Of a DNA stretch of 64,000 nt, positions 39,480 through 52,252 are shown piece after piece; the first letter of the stretch is position 1, and each line of letters opens with the position of its first letter. The DNA comes from Octopus vulgaris (lineage: Eukaryota): assembly GCA_951406725.2 (NCBI GenBank), contig OX597823.1, positions 89,342,001-89,406,000 of the forward strand, given 5' to 3'. A model generated the notes under the pieces. That model worked only from the letters and a program-made list of their open reading frames with translations. It was not told where the DNA came from and did not search any database. The position numbers were made by a program, and so were the translations under genes.

Positions 39480-40426
39480 CCTTTCTACTATAGACACAAG
39501 ACTTGAGATTATGGGAGGTTGCTAGTCGATTACATCAACCCCAATGCTCAACTATAACTTCTTTTATTGACTTCAAAAAAATGAATGGAAAAGTCAACCT
39601 CGCAAGAATTTGAACTCAGTACGTAATGACAGGCGAAATGCCGTTACCCATTTTGTCCGACGGAGACCGCCGATATAATGCTTGCTTCTTATGCGAAAGT
39701 TATTGACTGGAATAATCACAAAGTTAATGTATCGGTATCTTCAACAAAATGGGGTTCTACCAGGTGAGCAGAAAGTGTGCAAGAGTGGTGTGCAGAAGTA
39801 GGAAGGAGCGATATCTGATAGACAAAACAGTACTTAAAGATTGCAAGGAGGGGAAAACGATTTGGCCATGCTAAGGGTTGATTACCGCAAGGTCTAAGAT
39901 GTGATTCCACCTTCTTGCATCATAGAATATATGAATCTATTTTAGTAGTGATTCGAATGTCCAACGATCTCTTAGGAAAAGTATTGAGAAGTGCAAGACA
40001 GAATTGACAGCATATGAAAGAAGCTTAGGGGCATTACAAATCAAGAGAATTATATTTCAATGGGACTGATTTTTGTACTGTGCGTGACACCAATAACAAT
40101 CATTTTGAAGAAAGCTAAGGCGGCGTATAAATTCTAGGGTCGCCAACAAAAGGTTATTCGTGGACGACCTCAAGTTTTACCTTAAGGATTAATTAATCCC
40201 AGCACAAGGCCTGACATTTTTTTTGGTGGGGGGTGCTAGTCGATGTATTCGACTCCAGTGCGCAACTGTTACATAATTCATCGACCTCGAAAGGGCATAA
40301 GTCGATCTCGGCGGATTTTGAACCCAGAAAGTAAGGACGGACGATATGCCGCTAAGCATTTTAATAAAATGCCGCTAACAATCCCGCCAGCTCCCTGCGT
40401 CAATAACAACAACAACAACAACAACA

Positions 40427-40490
<64 letters not shown>

Positions 40491-40692
40491 GACAAATACA
40501 TAACAAAAACACCAGGACTTACAAACACATATAACATACAGAAAATTGCACTACTTGGCACTGCACACATCCTACGCAGAACACTTTCCATACAATAACC
40601 ATCAGAGCATCACAACAAATCACAACACATACCCAAGGCACACAGAGCTGCGCTCGGTAGTGAAGTGAAAGCACGCTATAAAAATAAAACTA

Positions 40693-40772
<80 letters not shown>

Positions 40773-40790
40773 TAATAATAATAATAATAA

Positions 40791-41983
40791 TTCCAATTTG
40801 AACTAGCTTACAAAACAACCACAATTGGACTGGCCAAATATCTCGAAATATCGAATGACTGGATGCTAAAGCTCGTGGAAAATCACGAGAGATGAAAGAA
40901 GCTTCATTCTATCATAAAGGAAAGCAAAAAATTTGCTATTGGTCTCGTGCAGGATACCCAAACTGAACAACCCGAGGGAAGTACGGCAACTATTGTTGCA
41001 AAGAAGGTGAAAATGATGGCAATGAAAAAAGCGCACGAGCAATTGGCTGATAGGTGGGAGGAGAAACCTCTGCACGGCAAATATGTGACCCGCAGCAAAC
41101 AAGCTGATGTTGACCAGAAGCAAACCCATCAGTGGCTACGGAGCTCAGGGCTAAAAGCAGAGAGCGAAGGTTTCATCCTGGCTGCTCAAGATCAAAGCCT
41201 ATTAACCCGGAACTACCAGGCCAATGTGATGAAAAATGGAGCAGACCCAAAATGCCGATTCTGCAACGACATGATTGAAACAGTGGACCACCTAATCTCT
41301 GGATGTAAAGTCTTAGCACCAGTGGAGTATAAATTAAGACATGACAGAGTTGGCCAATATCTCCACTGGCTAATAAGTCGGCATTACAATATCAAAACTG
41401 CCGACAAGTGGTATAATCACCACCCTGAGGCTGTAACTGAAGGAGAAAATGTAACCATTCTGTGGGACTTTCCAGTACATACAGACCGAACCATCAAGGC
41501 CAATAAACCAGATATTGTTGTGAAAGACCAAAACAATAAAGTTTGCTTATTGATCGACATGAGCATCCCCTGTGATCATAATATCTCAGCGAAAGAGTTT
41601 GACAAGCTCAGAAAATATAAAGACCTACTCATTGAAATTGAGAAAATGTGGCATCTCAAGGCGGTTACAATACCAGTGATCGTAGGAGCACTAGGAATGA
41701 TCAAGAAGGGAACCGAAAATTATATGAGAATGATCCCTGGCTTACCATCCCTGCAAGAAGTGCAAAAGATTGTCTTAACTGGTACATCACACGTATTGAG
41801 AAGAGCATTGTCGATGTGAGAACTGTTGCTGCTCATGTATTTTAATTAAAAAAAAAAAAAAAATGAACGAACTACTGAGTTTGGTTTAATGGCCTACCAA
41901 TGTATACTCTGAGTTTCTTTGCCCTAGGAGTCGGGAAGACACTCGGCAAGAAATGGAAGCAAATTTGAAAGAAGAAAAAAAAA

Positions 41984-41985
<2 letters not shown>
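40791..41985 (+). mobile_element. Young 5'-truncated R4/Dong-type element (G) with an open C-terminal frame (ORF call 40947-41819)
   Basis: LHGKY, LKAESEGFILAAQDQSL, CCHC knuckle CRFC..ETVDHLISGC, RHD, restriction-like endonuclease KPDIVV...LIDMSIP...KLRKY. Flanked by (TAA)n. Confidence 0.92.
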
Positions 41986-42024
<39 letters not shown>

Positions 42025-42555
42025 GCAACCAGAATACAATACTCATAAAATATCATATTTTTGACATCGCTTTCATATTAACGACAAAGTGAAGAAATAC
42101 AAAACATATATACATAACGAAGGAGCAAAAAATTTATTAAAATAATATCAAAAAATACAAATACAGTCAGTTAAGACAGGCAACACTGCAAGCTATAAAG
42201 CTGCACACAAGAAGAATACTAAAGCTACCTTTCATCTTAATGTTGTAATTGTTGTTGTTGCTGCTGCTGTTCTTTTTGTTGTTATTGTTGTATTTGGGAA
42301 GGGGGTTCTTATTTCATTTTTTTTTTGTTTTTTGAGTTGCTTATCGTTTTTTTTTTTGTTTTTTTTTGTTGTTGTTGTTTTACTATTTTGCTTGTTTTCT
42401 TTGTTTTTTTTAGTTGTCTTTCTACCAATATTTCTTTATACATTAAATGTCATATGTTGATAAAGATCATTGCCGAAAGGGAGAAGGGTGGGGAAGTATC
42501 AAAATCCAAAGTGAATGCTTATCATCTTGTGTGTGTGTGTGTGTGTGTGTATAAA

Positions 42556-42586
<31 letters not shown>

Positions 42587-42616
42587 TATATACACATATA
42601 TATATGTGTGTATTTA

Positions 42617-42670
<54 letters not shown>

Positions 42671-42756
42671 CATATATATATGTATATATAAACACATATA
42701 TATATATGTATATATGTATATATATATATGCGTAGGTATATGTAGTACATACATTA

Positions 42757-42792
<36 letters not shown>

Positions 42793-43584
42793 TGTACATG
42801 TGTGTAGTACATTCATATATGTATATGTGTACAGCCATCCATATATATATATATATATATATATAAATATATATATATGAATATATTTGTGCGCGCGCGC
42901 GTGTATGTGTGTGTGTTTATTTCCGCATCGATTTTTCAGGGCTGGTGTATGTGAGAGAGATAGATAGATAGGAGGAGGGTTAAAAAGAAAGAATGAAAAA
43001 TTTAAAAAATATAAAACAAAAAACGTTACGTTCTTGTATTGTTTACCATTTCTTCAGAGAAGAATATTTCTAAGGCAACGTTGAAGTCAGTGTCAGAAAC
43101 GTTTTGCTTTGTTTTGTACTTTTTTGGTGTGAGTTTTTTGTTGTTGCTTTTTTCTCGTTTAGTGCGTTTTTTTGTTTTTTTTTCGAATGACAATGAAATA
43201 AGATGTTGCGTTTGTTTTCCTTTTTCTACTCTTTCTTTTTCAGATTTGATAATTTTATTCGTTTGTGTTTTGGTAGTGTTGCGGCTTATTGCGGTTATTT
43301 TTTGTATGCAATTTTATCATTTTGTCTATTACTATCACTACTAACATCACCTCCTTTCCTCTAAGCACACGCACACATACTAACATTAACAACCCATCAC
43401 ACTAATAATGATAACAGTAATAATAATAATAATACTAATAATAATGCATTGGTATGTCCATCATCGTAAGTAACCGAGATAATCAGTGACATCATCATCA
43501 CCATCACCACCACTACTGTGGAATGAGCATTGTTGTTGTTGCTGTTGGTGTTATTTTTTTAATCTTTTTATTTCTTACTTTTTA

Positions 43585-43880
43585 CTTGTTTCAGTTATTA
43601 GACTGTGGCCATGCTGGGGTACCGCCTTGAAGAGTTTTAGTCTATTTAATTGAACCCAGTACTTTTTTATTGTTGTTTTTTAAGCATGGTACATAATTTA
43701 TCAGTCTCTTTTGCGAAACCGCTACGTAACAGAGACATACACACACCAACAACGGTTGTAGGGGACAAACAAAGGCACACACACCTATCTATCGATATAT
43801 ATATATATAAACACATACATACGACAAGCTTTACTCGGTTTGTGTCAACCGAATCCACTCATACGGCTATTGCAGAAGAT
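43585..43880 (-). mobile_element. Decayed SINE/tail module homologous to 8680-8950
   Basis: Shared TTAGACTG.GGCCATGCTGGGG.ACCGCCTTGAAG...CGAAACCGCTA.GT.AC. Confidence 0.65.
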
Positions 43881-43916
43881 ACGCCTGCGCCTCTTCGTTA
43901 ATTTTTATTGGTTTTT

Positions 43917-44015
<99 letters not shown>

Positions 44016-44819
44016 GCTGTTGTTGTTTTGCTGCCATCAGCATCGCTCATCCCTCAACACACATTACATACTAACAACACCAGCACCATATTATTAACCA
44101 GCCGAGACAACCGTTATCACCTCCCCACCCTCACCACCACCAGTATCACTTCTATTTATCAACACCATCAGTATCACCATAACCCATACACCATCACCAG
44201 CACCACCAGCACCAACACCATCACCACCACCATCACCACCACCTCCACCACTACTATCACCACCATCACAGCCTCCAACACCGTCTGTCACTGCTAGCGC
44301 CAACACCATCGCTATCACTTACCATTACTATACCTTCACTAACACCACAACCACCACCACCATTATCAGCACCTTTACAACCTTCGCTATCACAACCACC
44401 ACCGCCACTATCACCACTATCGTTACAAATACTACTACTACTACTAGTCCATCACCTTTATCACTACAATCAGAGCCATCACCATTACTACATCACCACC
44501 ACTACAACAACAACAGCAACTACAATCACCACAATCACCATTGTCATCATGATCCTGTCCACCATCGGCACCATCATCACAACCAATATCATAACCGCTA
44601 CCATCACCATTGTCGCTAACACATTCACCATCACATCTCACACTACCATTAACAATACCATCACCAGTACTAGTACCATCACCGCCACTCTTGTTAACTC
44701 CCCTCCCTCCCACCCCCATTTTACTGCTATCAACGCCACCACCGCCACCGACACCATCTGCGCCATCACTGTCTACTGTCACATCATTTTCAACACGTAT
44801 CAGTAGCATCATCATCATT

Positions 44820-44858
<39 letters not shown>

Positions 44859-45205
44859 GTTATCATTATCATCATCATCATTATCACTACCGTCATCACT
44901 GCTACCATAAACACCATCAAGTCCATCAACACCGTAATCATCGTTGTTGTCGTTGTCGTTGTCGTTGTCATCATCATCGTCGTCATCATCATCACCACCA
45001 CGATCATCATCACCACCACCACACACTACCATCATTACTATTGTCGTCATCATTATTATTGTCTTCACCGACGTTGTAGAAGTCGTCGTCGTACCTTCAT
45101 CATCATCATCAATCGTCATCGTCGTCATCGTCATCATCGTCATGATCATCTTACCCACCAGCACCGCCACATACCATCATCATTACCATCATCATCATCA
45201 TCATA
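43917..45205. repeat. (GTT)n followed by a long degenerate (CAC/CAT)n low-complexity tract
   Basis: Direct inspection. Confidence 0.9.
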
Positions 45206-45524
45206 TATTTTTCCATTGTTTTATTGATAAAATGTCTGGAATTTCTATGGTTTGTTTCTTTTTTGTTTCAGTGATTTTCGATTTTTTTCTTCTCAAAGAA
45301 AAAAAACATGAATAGAAAAAATATTGAAAACAAAAAACAATATATGGAATAACAACAAAAAATGTTTTCGGTATAAATGGAGGAAAATAAATTTGATTTC
45401 ATAAAACAGCAATTCTATCTACAGACTTCTAGAAAGATCCACAGTGATAGGAAATAAAAAAAAAACATATATATATATATATACGAGGATTTCATAGGTT
45501 GTTTTTGTTTTGTTATTGCTCACC

Positions 45525-45526
<2 letters not shown>

Positions 45527-45556
<30 letters not shown>

Positions 45557-45648
45557 CTTCTTCTTCTTCTTCTTCTTCTTCTTCTTCTTCTTCTTCTTCT
45601 TCCTCTTGTTCTCCTCCTTCTCCTCCTCCTCCTCCTCCTTCTTCTTCT
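45527..45648. repeat. (CTT)n/(CCT)n microsatellite
   Basis: Direct run. Confidence 0.95.
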
Positions 45649-45889
45649 CGCTGTTGTAATTATTATTGTAGTCGTTGCTGTCGCTGTTCTTGTGAAAGTT
45701 TTATTATTGTTGGCTTCGATCTGTAGTCTTCGAATCAGCTTTCTCCTTTCTGGTTTTGAGAAACCTAATCTCTCATGGCAATGTGTTTGTTACATATCCC
45801 AGTGCCCTAATAACTATAGGTATAAATCTGAACTTGTAATCTGAGTAGAGTAACTGAGGATTTCTCAATAGTCCAGTGTGAGTATTTTC

Positions 45890-45920
<31 letters not shown>

Positions 45921-46554
45921 TGTATGTATGTATGTATGTATGTATGTATCCATCTATCTATCTATCTATCATTCTATCTACGTATGTATGTGTGAATTTG
46001 TGTGTCCTCACACCGCTTGATAAATTTTCCTACATAGAAAAATTGCGGTTTGGCAAAATGATCGATATAGCAAGTACTGGGGTTGATTCTTTCAACTGAA
46101 CTTCCTCTGTCTGTTGTCTCAGTATGGCCACATTCTAATAGCTGAAACAATTAAAAGAATATTTGTTTATTGTAAGAAGTAGTCTATCTAGAACAACATT
46201 GTCTTGGATAAAGTTGTCTCTTTCCGTTGTCTTAAGACGGGTGTATTGTATGATTAAGGGAATATTTGGCTGTTATTTCTTGCACGTTAACCCAAGAGGT
46301 ATTCATGTGGAGGTTCTCTATTTGTTTCGTTGTTACTGGTACTCTTGTTCACTGCAAGATTCGCAAAACTGATCATGCAGGCCTATGGCTAATGGGATTT
46401 CAGCTAAGATCAGCCCCTTTTTTTCCCATTTTTTCTACGGTGGGTGGATAGAGTCTTCAGGTACTTCCTCTGTAGGGTCCTGTCGGAAGCAACTGTCACA
46501 ACAATTTCCTGCCGGTTTCCTAAGTGTAAACAACTAAGACAATAGATTTTGGTT

Positions 46555-46800
46555 TCATGTTTTGGCACAAAGCCAGAAATTCCAGGGACGGAGGTCGAGT
46601 CAATTACATCAATCCCTGTGATTGACTGGTACTTACGACCTGGAAAAGATGAAAGTTAATGTCTTTCAGTTGAAAAGATGGAAGACAACGTCTTTCTGAA
46701 TTCAAATGCCTCGATGACATTAGAACTCAGAACGTACAATAGACGAAATTCCGCTAAGCATTTTGACCGACGTGCTAACGATTCTGCTAGCTCGCCACCT
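46555..46800 (-). mobile_element. Nin-like tRNA SINE, decayed
   Basis: Ends in GCTAACGATTCTGCTAGCTCGCCACCT, as at 19385-19412. Confidence 0.75.
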
Positions 46801-47400
46801 TAACTAAGATAATTAACTGCAGCCTTAACCGAGAGAATTAGCTGCTGCCTTAACTGAGGGGATTAAACGCCGCCTTAACTGAGATGTTAACCAACCTTCT
46901 CGCTTTTGGTCTAGCCCTAGGTCACCTGCTGGTTGGTCATCGTCTTTCGATCGTTTCCTACGACTTTCTAGTCACACGGTACTGCAGCTGTGATCTTTCA
47001 ATGCGGAGAAATAGCGGATCGATCTGGGGAGGTTTCTTAATCTTGGATATATGCACCCTGTCGAATAACTGTATTCCAGAGACACTTCGAAGAATACCCA
47101 TTTCGGCTTCTTCAAAATTTCATTTTAATTTTATCGTTTTTATTTATTTATCTATTTTAGATAAGAACGGACGCTTAAAAACAAAACAATTTCCCAAGAT
47201 TGATAAATAATTACTTTGAAGTGTTTGTCTCTATGTTTCTATTATTTTACTATTTACACACTTTTATCTAACACCACATTGTGTTGTATTATTTTCTTCT
47301 TTAACGTCCTCACTCTTTCTATAAATCCTTAGTGGTTAATAAAGAAACCATTGTTGGTGTTGTTGTTGTTGTTGTTATTGTTATTATTATTATTATTATT

Positions 47401-47740
47401 GAATGAGAGAACAGTGCATACCATCAAAGTGACACTGGGGTAAAATATGCAAAGCCTAGTATATCCATCATGACTACTCGTCTGATAAGGGTACACCAAG
47501 CATGTGCATCACAACCATATGTGCGCGACATGGTGATCTCAAATCAGGATAAACAGCGCATGACCTTGCGGGAGGAGCCCAGTAAGAATTTTCTTCAGAT
47601 CGAGTAGCCCATCCCACTCAAAAGGTGCCTAAATAAAATTTGTTTGAGGTTATTGCACGAAACATCCATGTTTCCAGAGGTTAATTTTCCAAACCCTAAA
47701 GAATTCCTCTCAACACATGGCTATGATGCTCCCCAACAAA
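47401..47740 (-). mobile_element. 3' UTR fragment of a (TAA)n-inserting element (same family as 32771-32817)
   Basis: Flanked by (TTA)n on both sides; terminal 45 bp homologous to fragment C. The Dong assignment is inferred from context. Confidence 0.6.
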
Positions 47741-47745
47741 TTATA

Positions 47746-47814
<69 letters not shown>

Positions 47815-47816
<2 letters not shown>

Positions 47817-47935
47817 GGCGGTGACGAGTTGGCTGAATCGTTAGCGAATCAGACCAAATGGTCTTTACATTCTGAGTTCGATTCCTGTAGAGGTCGACTT
47901 TGTCTTTCATCATTTTGAAGTCGATAATCATAAAG
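47815..47935 (+). mobile_element. Nin-like SINE 5' part
   Basis: AAGGCGGTGACGAGTTGGCTGAATCG...GAGTTCGATTCC...GTCGACTTTGTCTTTCATC. Confidence 0.7.
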
Positions 47936-49013
47936 TGTTAGTCGATCCTCTCGTGCTAATGTAGGAAGAATTATATTTATTCTTATTTATTGTCTTATAT
48001 TTTCTCTCATTAAAATAGTTATGAGCACTAAAAAATAACTATGTCTTCGCTACAAACTGACGAGGGACTTAGCAACAAAAACAGCATCGATAAGCAACAT
48101 TGACGTAAAATCAAATTCGATCCAAGAGGTATTTGAATGCAGAACTGCCAGAAACAAAGTCGATTTCTTATATGGAAACAACATGGCATTATTGATATGA
48201 AAATTGGAAACGGTGCTTCGTTCTGTTTATATTCTTTCCGAAAGTAATAATTGTGTATTTGAAGTAAATAGCCAGAAGCATGTATGGAAAACAGATTTTG
48301 AATTCACATGATCAGTTATTTTTCCAGCTCAATATGTAGTGAGATTATTGAGCAGAAATGGCATTGGATATTGGCCTACTAGTACAAATATTCGGAGTTC
48401 AAATCCTCAGTGTTTTGTTGTAGACAACTTCCAGTCTTTCTGCCACCAATCATAGAAGCAATGAAATAAAATATCGTGGACATTTGTTCTTCCTTTTCTA
48501 ATGAAATGTTTGAAAGAAATATTCTGCCTTGTTTCAGTTCCAGTTGTTGGTAGTAAGTACCAAAACTTCTCGAAATATTACCAAAGAGTACCCAGTGCTC
48601 AATCGTAGATGAAATATGTATTATATTCGCTTAAAATTATCAATGTGGATGCTTGACAGTGGTTTTTCAGATACCGTTGGAACATAGAAACATATAGAAC
48701 ATTTCAGTACTCAACATGTGGCTCAATACATGGGGGCAATTTTTGTGAGGCTTTAATTTTGTAAATGGATGTTGGATCTTCAAACATCGTCGAAACTTAA
48801 GAAATAATGAAATGTTTGAAAGAAATATTTTACCGCTTTGTGAAAATACTCATAAATAGGCTTTGTGAAAATACTCATTGGAAAAAGATTTCAAGACATT
48901 GGGTGGGGAAACGAAAAAATAAATAAAATACAAATCCCTGAAGCGGTTCTCTCCTCTTTATGAGAATATTCACCCTCTCTATTACCTCATACTCTCTCTC
49001 TTTCTTTTCTCCT

Positions 49014-49051
<38 letters not shown>

Positions 49052-49214
49052 ACTTCCGTAAGCAACTATAAGCAGCAGCAACTGTAGTTCCCAGTCAAGT
49101 TAGTGCTTAATATGCAACAACAATGATTTCTTGTGGCTAGCCACATGAGAACAATCTTTGTCATGTAATGCTGGCTTTTCAAACTTGGTCATAACTTAAT
49201 AAATATATTTTAAT

Positions 49215-49606
49215 TATATGCATAGAAAATTATATTTAACACTCGGTTGTGTACACCCGGACGTGTACACTCGGACGTGGGAAGACTTTCTACTGCGAAA
49301 ATAGTCCCGGGAGAAAACGTTCCTCATAGACATGTATGAAAACACATAGGGCCATGAATGACGTCACCAGATAGTGAGATGCATGCCTTTCCGTGTTGTT
49401 ATGCGTCTTCACGCAGGTGTACCTTTCACAATCCTATAAGAATGGTAGTTCTTATATATAAGTGCAGTAAACAGTAAATTCTTCGGTGTGCGTAAAGCTT
49501 GGTCAAGCTGTAAATAGTCTTCTCCCGAGACTATTTCCGCAGTGAGTGGAAGGTTTTCTCATGTTTGAGAGCACACGAACGTGTTAAATATCATTGTACA
49601 TGTATA
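49215..49606. mobile_element. MITE-like element with long imperfect terminal inverted repeats
   Basis: atatttaacac / gtgttaaatat and ctgcgaaaatagtcccgggagaa / ttctcccgagactatttccgcag are inverted pairs. Confidence 0.65.
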
Positions 49607-50188
49607 TATTTTATTCAATTCTGCTTTCATTGACGCTTTTTACTTATGTTATTGTTTAACATGTCACATCAATGGTTTTATGTGTGTGTGTGTGTGTGTG
49701 ACTAGACATATGCAAGCAACCTTTGTCGCTTGACACTGGCTTTTCGAACCTCCTCAAAATTTAAGAAATATATAGAATATGTCAGTGCTCTGCATCTTGC
49801 ACCAATTGTTTCTAATAGCTAGACACATGAGAGCAATCTTTGCAAGGGGTTAATAAAGACGATTCCACTGGTCCCGAAAGTTATTGAAGTGACTTACTTC
49901 ATCGACTTTAGAGATTAAAAAAGGGAAGGTTGAAGTAATTTACATTGGGATTAGAAAGCAGAATTTCTTTTGTCACATCCATCTCTCAGTATCATCTCTG
50001 TAAATTCAAGAGTTTCATAGCCCGCCATCATATACGGAGGAGGGGCAATAATAACGGTTTTGCCTTTAACGAGGAAGAGGGTTACGGTGGATACTAGAGC
50101 TAATACATACAACCGAAACCGCGATTACAGTTAGCATCCGGTCGAACTTGCGTACACGTACGTGTTAAACGGTTGTACCCGTGAGATG

Positions 50189-50279
<91 letters not shown>

Positions 50280-50337
50280 GCATACATACATACATACATA
50301 CATACATACATACATACATACATACATACATACATAC

Positions 50338-50368
<31 letters not shown>

Positions 50369-50377
50369 CATACATAC
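50189..50377. repeat. Compound (GATA)n-(CATA)n microsatellite
   Basis: Direct run. Confidence 0.95.
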
Positions 50378-51215
50378 ACGTTCTCCAGTATAAGTATAAC
50401 ATGACGATGTCAGTAGGTCAAGTGATGCCTGTGCATTATGCATTTTAATGTAAAGCGAGGCCTAGTACACAGCCAACCTCGCTCTCCGAACAACAATGAC
50501 TGATAGCCTGAAAAGAAAGAAATAGGCAACATCATTGGCTGCCCTCGAGTCACAGGTTTTACATCAGAGTTTTACTTCTCCTAGTCTGATGTCCTAAGAA
50601 GGACTATGACTCACTCATTTCTAGTAATGTGGTGCGCCATACCTACATTCCCATTATCATGATTCTCTGCTGACTGAACTATTGTTTAAAACATGTCAAT
50701 CTTCTGTGCAGCCATTCTGTTTTCTGCACCAAAGTCACTAGTCTGTAGATGATTGCTGTAGGAACTAGCGCTGACAATAAGAAGTAACAGGATAGCCGTT
50801 GTGTACGTAGTATTGGATGGCCGTTGACATGGAGTATTTTCACACAATTTTCATTTACAAAATTTTACTAATACAGTAAAAGACATTTAGTCAAAATTAT
50901 TCACATTGGAATCGAACATGGAACCATGTGATAATTTCAAAGAAAAACTTCTTAACTACAAAGCAATAAAATTTATGTTAAACTTTATAGTTACGAAATA
51001 TCGAATTCTATATTGAACAAAGAAGGAATGAGATGTGATGGGGTAGTTGCGATGTGTGGTAGAGTTAGTAGTGACGTGAATGAATTCAATAATTTCAGAA
51101 TGTCTGTGACATTCTTTCGACAAGACATGCAATATACTAAAAATAAATATCAATAAAGTAATTTTATTTGTGGTTTTTGTTTTATTTTCATTTTTCAAAT
51201 TATTTTTCCTTTCGT

Positions 51216-51264
<49 letters not shown>

Positions 51265-51914
51265 ATATATATATATTCAAAAATATAGCAATAACAAAAT
51301 TGTCACTTCTTACGTGTGTATGTGTGTGTCTGTTTATGTATACGTATATACGTGTGTATTACAGAATGTGCAGATATACATGTATATATGTATATATACA
51401 TACATACATACATACATACATACATACATACATACATACATACATACATACATACATAAATGTGTATGTATGTTCGCATATACATTTATGTAATTCCATC
51501 CACCATCATGTTGGTTACTAACACTAAAACATTTTGCTAGAAGCACACATTAAATTAGCATTCTTTGTGGTCAGAACGTATTCGTGTCTGTTATCTGAAG
51601 GCAGATAAGCAAACGTGTCTCTCTTATTTAAAAGTCTTCGCACAGTACATCACAATTGAGAGAACGTTCAACATATAAACTAAATTCCGCCGGTGATAAT
51701 CCATTCTACATTCCTTAAGAAAACTAAAAGAAAGCAAGAAAATAAAGTTTATCGGAGATTAGCCATTTATCGAAATGTAATTAGCATATGTCGGCAGCAA
51801 CAAGTAACGATCTAATCTATTTGCAACAACAATTTCAGCGACAGTCCTAAGTTCTTAGCATCGTCCCAGAATTGTTGTTCCTTTAACTCTCTATCCTGAT
51901 ACGAGCGCATATTC

Positions 51915-52252
51915 ATTGTTGTCGTCATCATTATCATCATCATCGTCGTCGTCGTCATCGTCATCATCATCGTCATCATCATCATCATGAACATCGTCAT
52001 TATCAACAGCCACCAATTAACATCATCATCGGTATCGTCATTCAATATCATCGTCGTCATCGTCATCATCATTACCATCATCATCGTCGCCGTCATTATT
52101 AACGTCATCGTTGTTATCGTCGTCACCATCCTTTGTCATCATTATTTTCGTCATCATCGTCATTGTCGTTGTCTTCACCACCATCAACACCATCACCATA
52201 ATTATCATTGTTGTCTCTGTCATCGTTGTCATCATGATCGTCATGATCATTA
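51915..52252. repeat. Degenerate (CAT/CGT)n tract
   Basis: Direct inspection. Confidence 0.85.

Larger units (their letters stand above)
30483..40938. repeat. 5.2-kb near-identical direct duplication (30483-35667 / 35768-40938) around an assembly gap
   Basis: Sequence after the gap restarts at ccctacacaagg (=30483); sequence before the gap ends at aaatttgcta (=40938). Confidence 0.95.

Noticed and set aside
44444-45315. Overlapping low-complexity ORFs resembling mucin or His-rich proteins
   Set aside because: Degenerate trinucleotide tract open in several frames on both strands; no splice or domain evidence.
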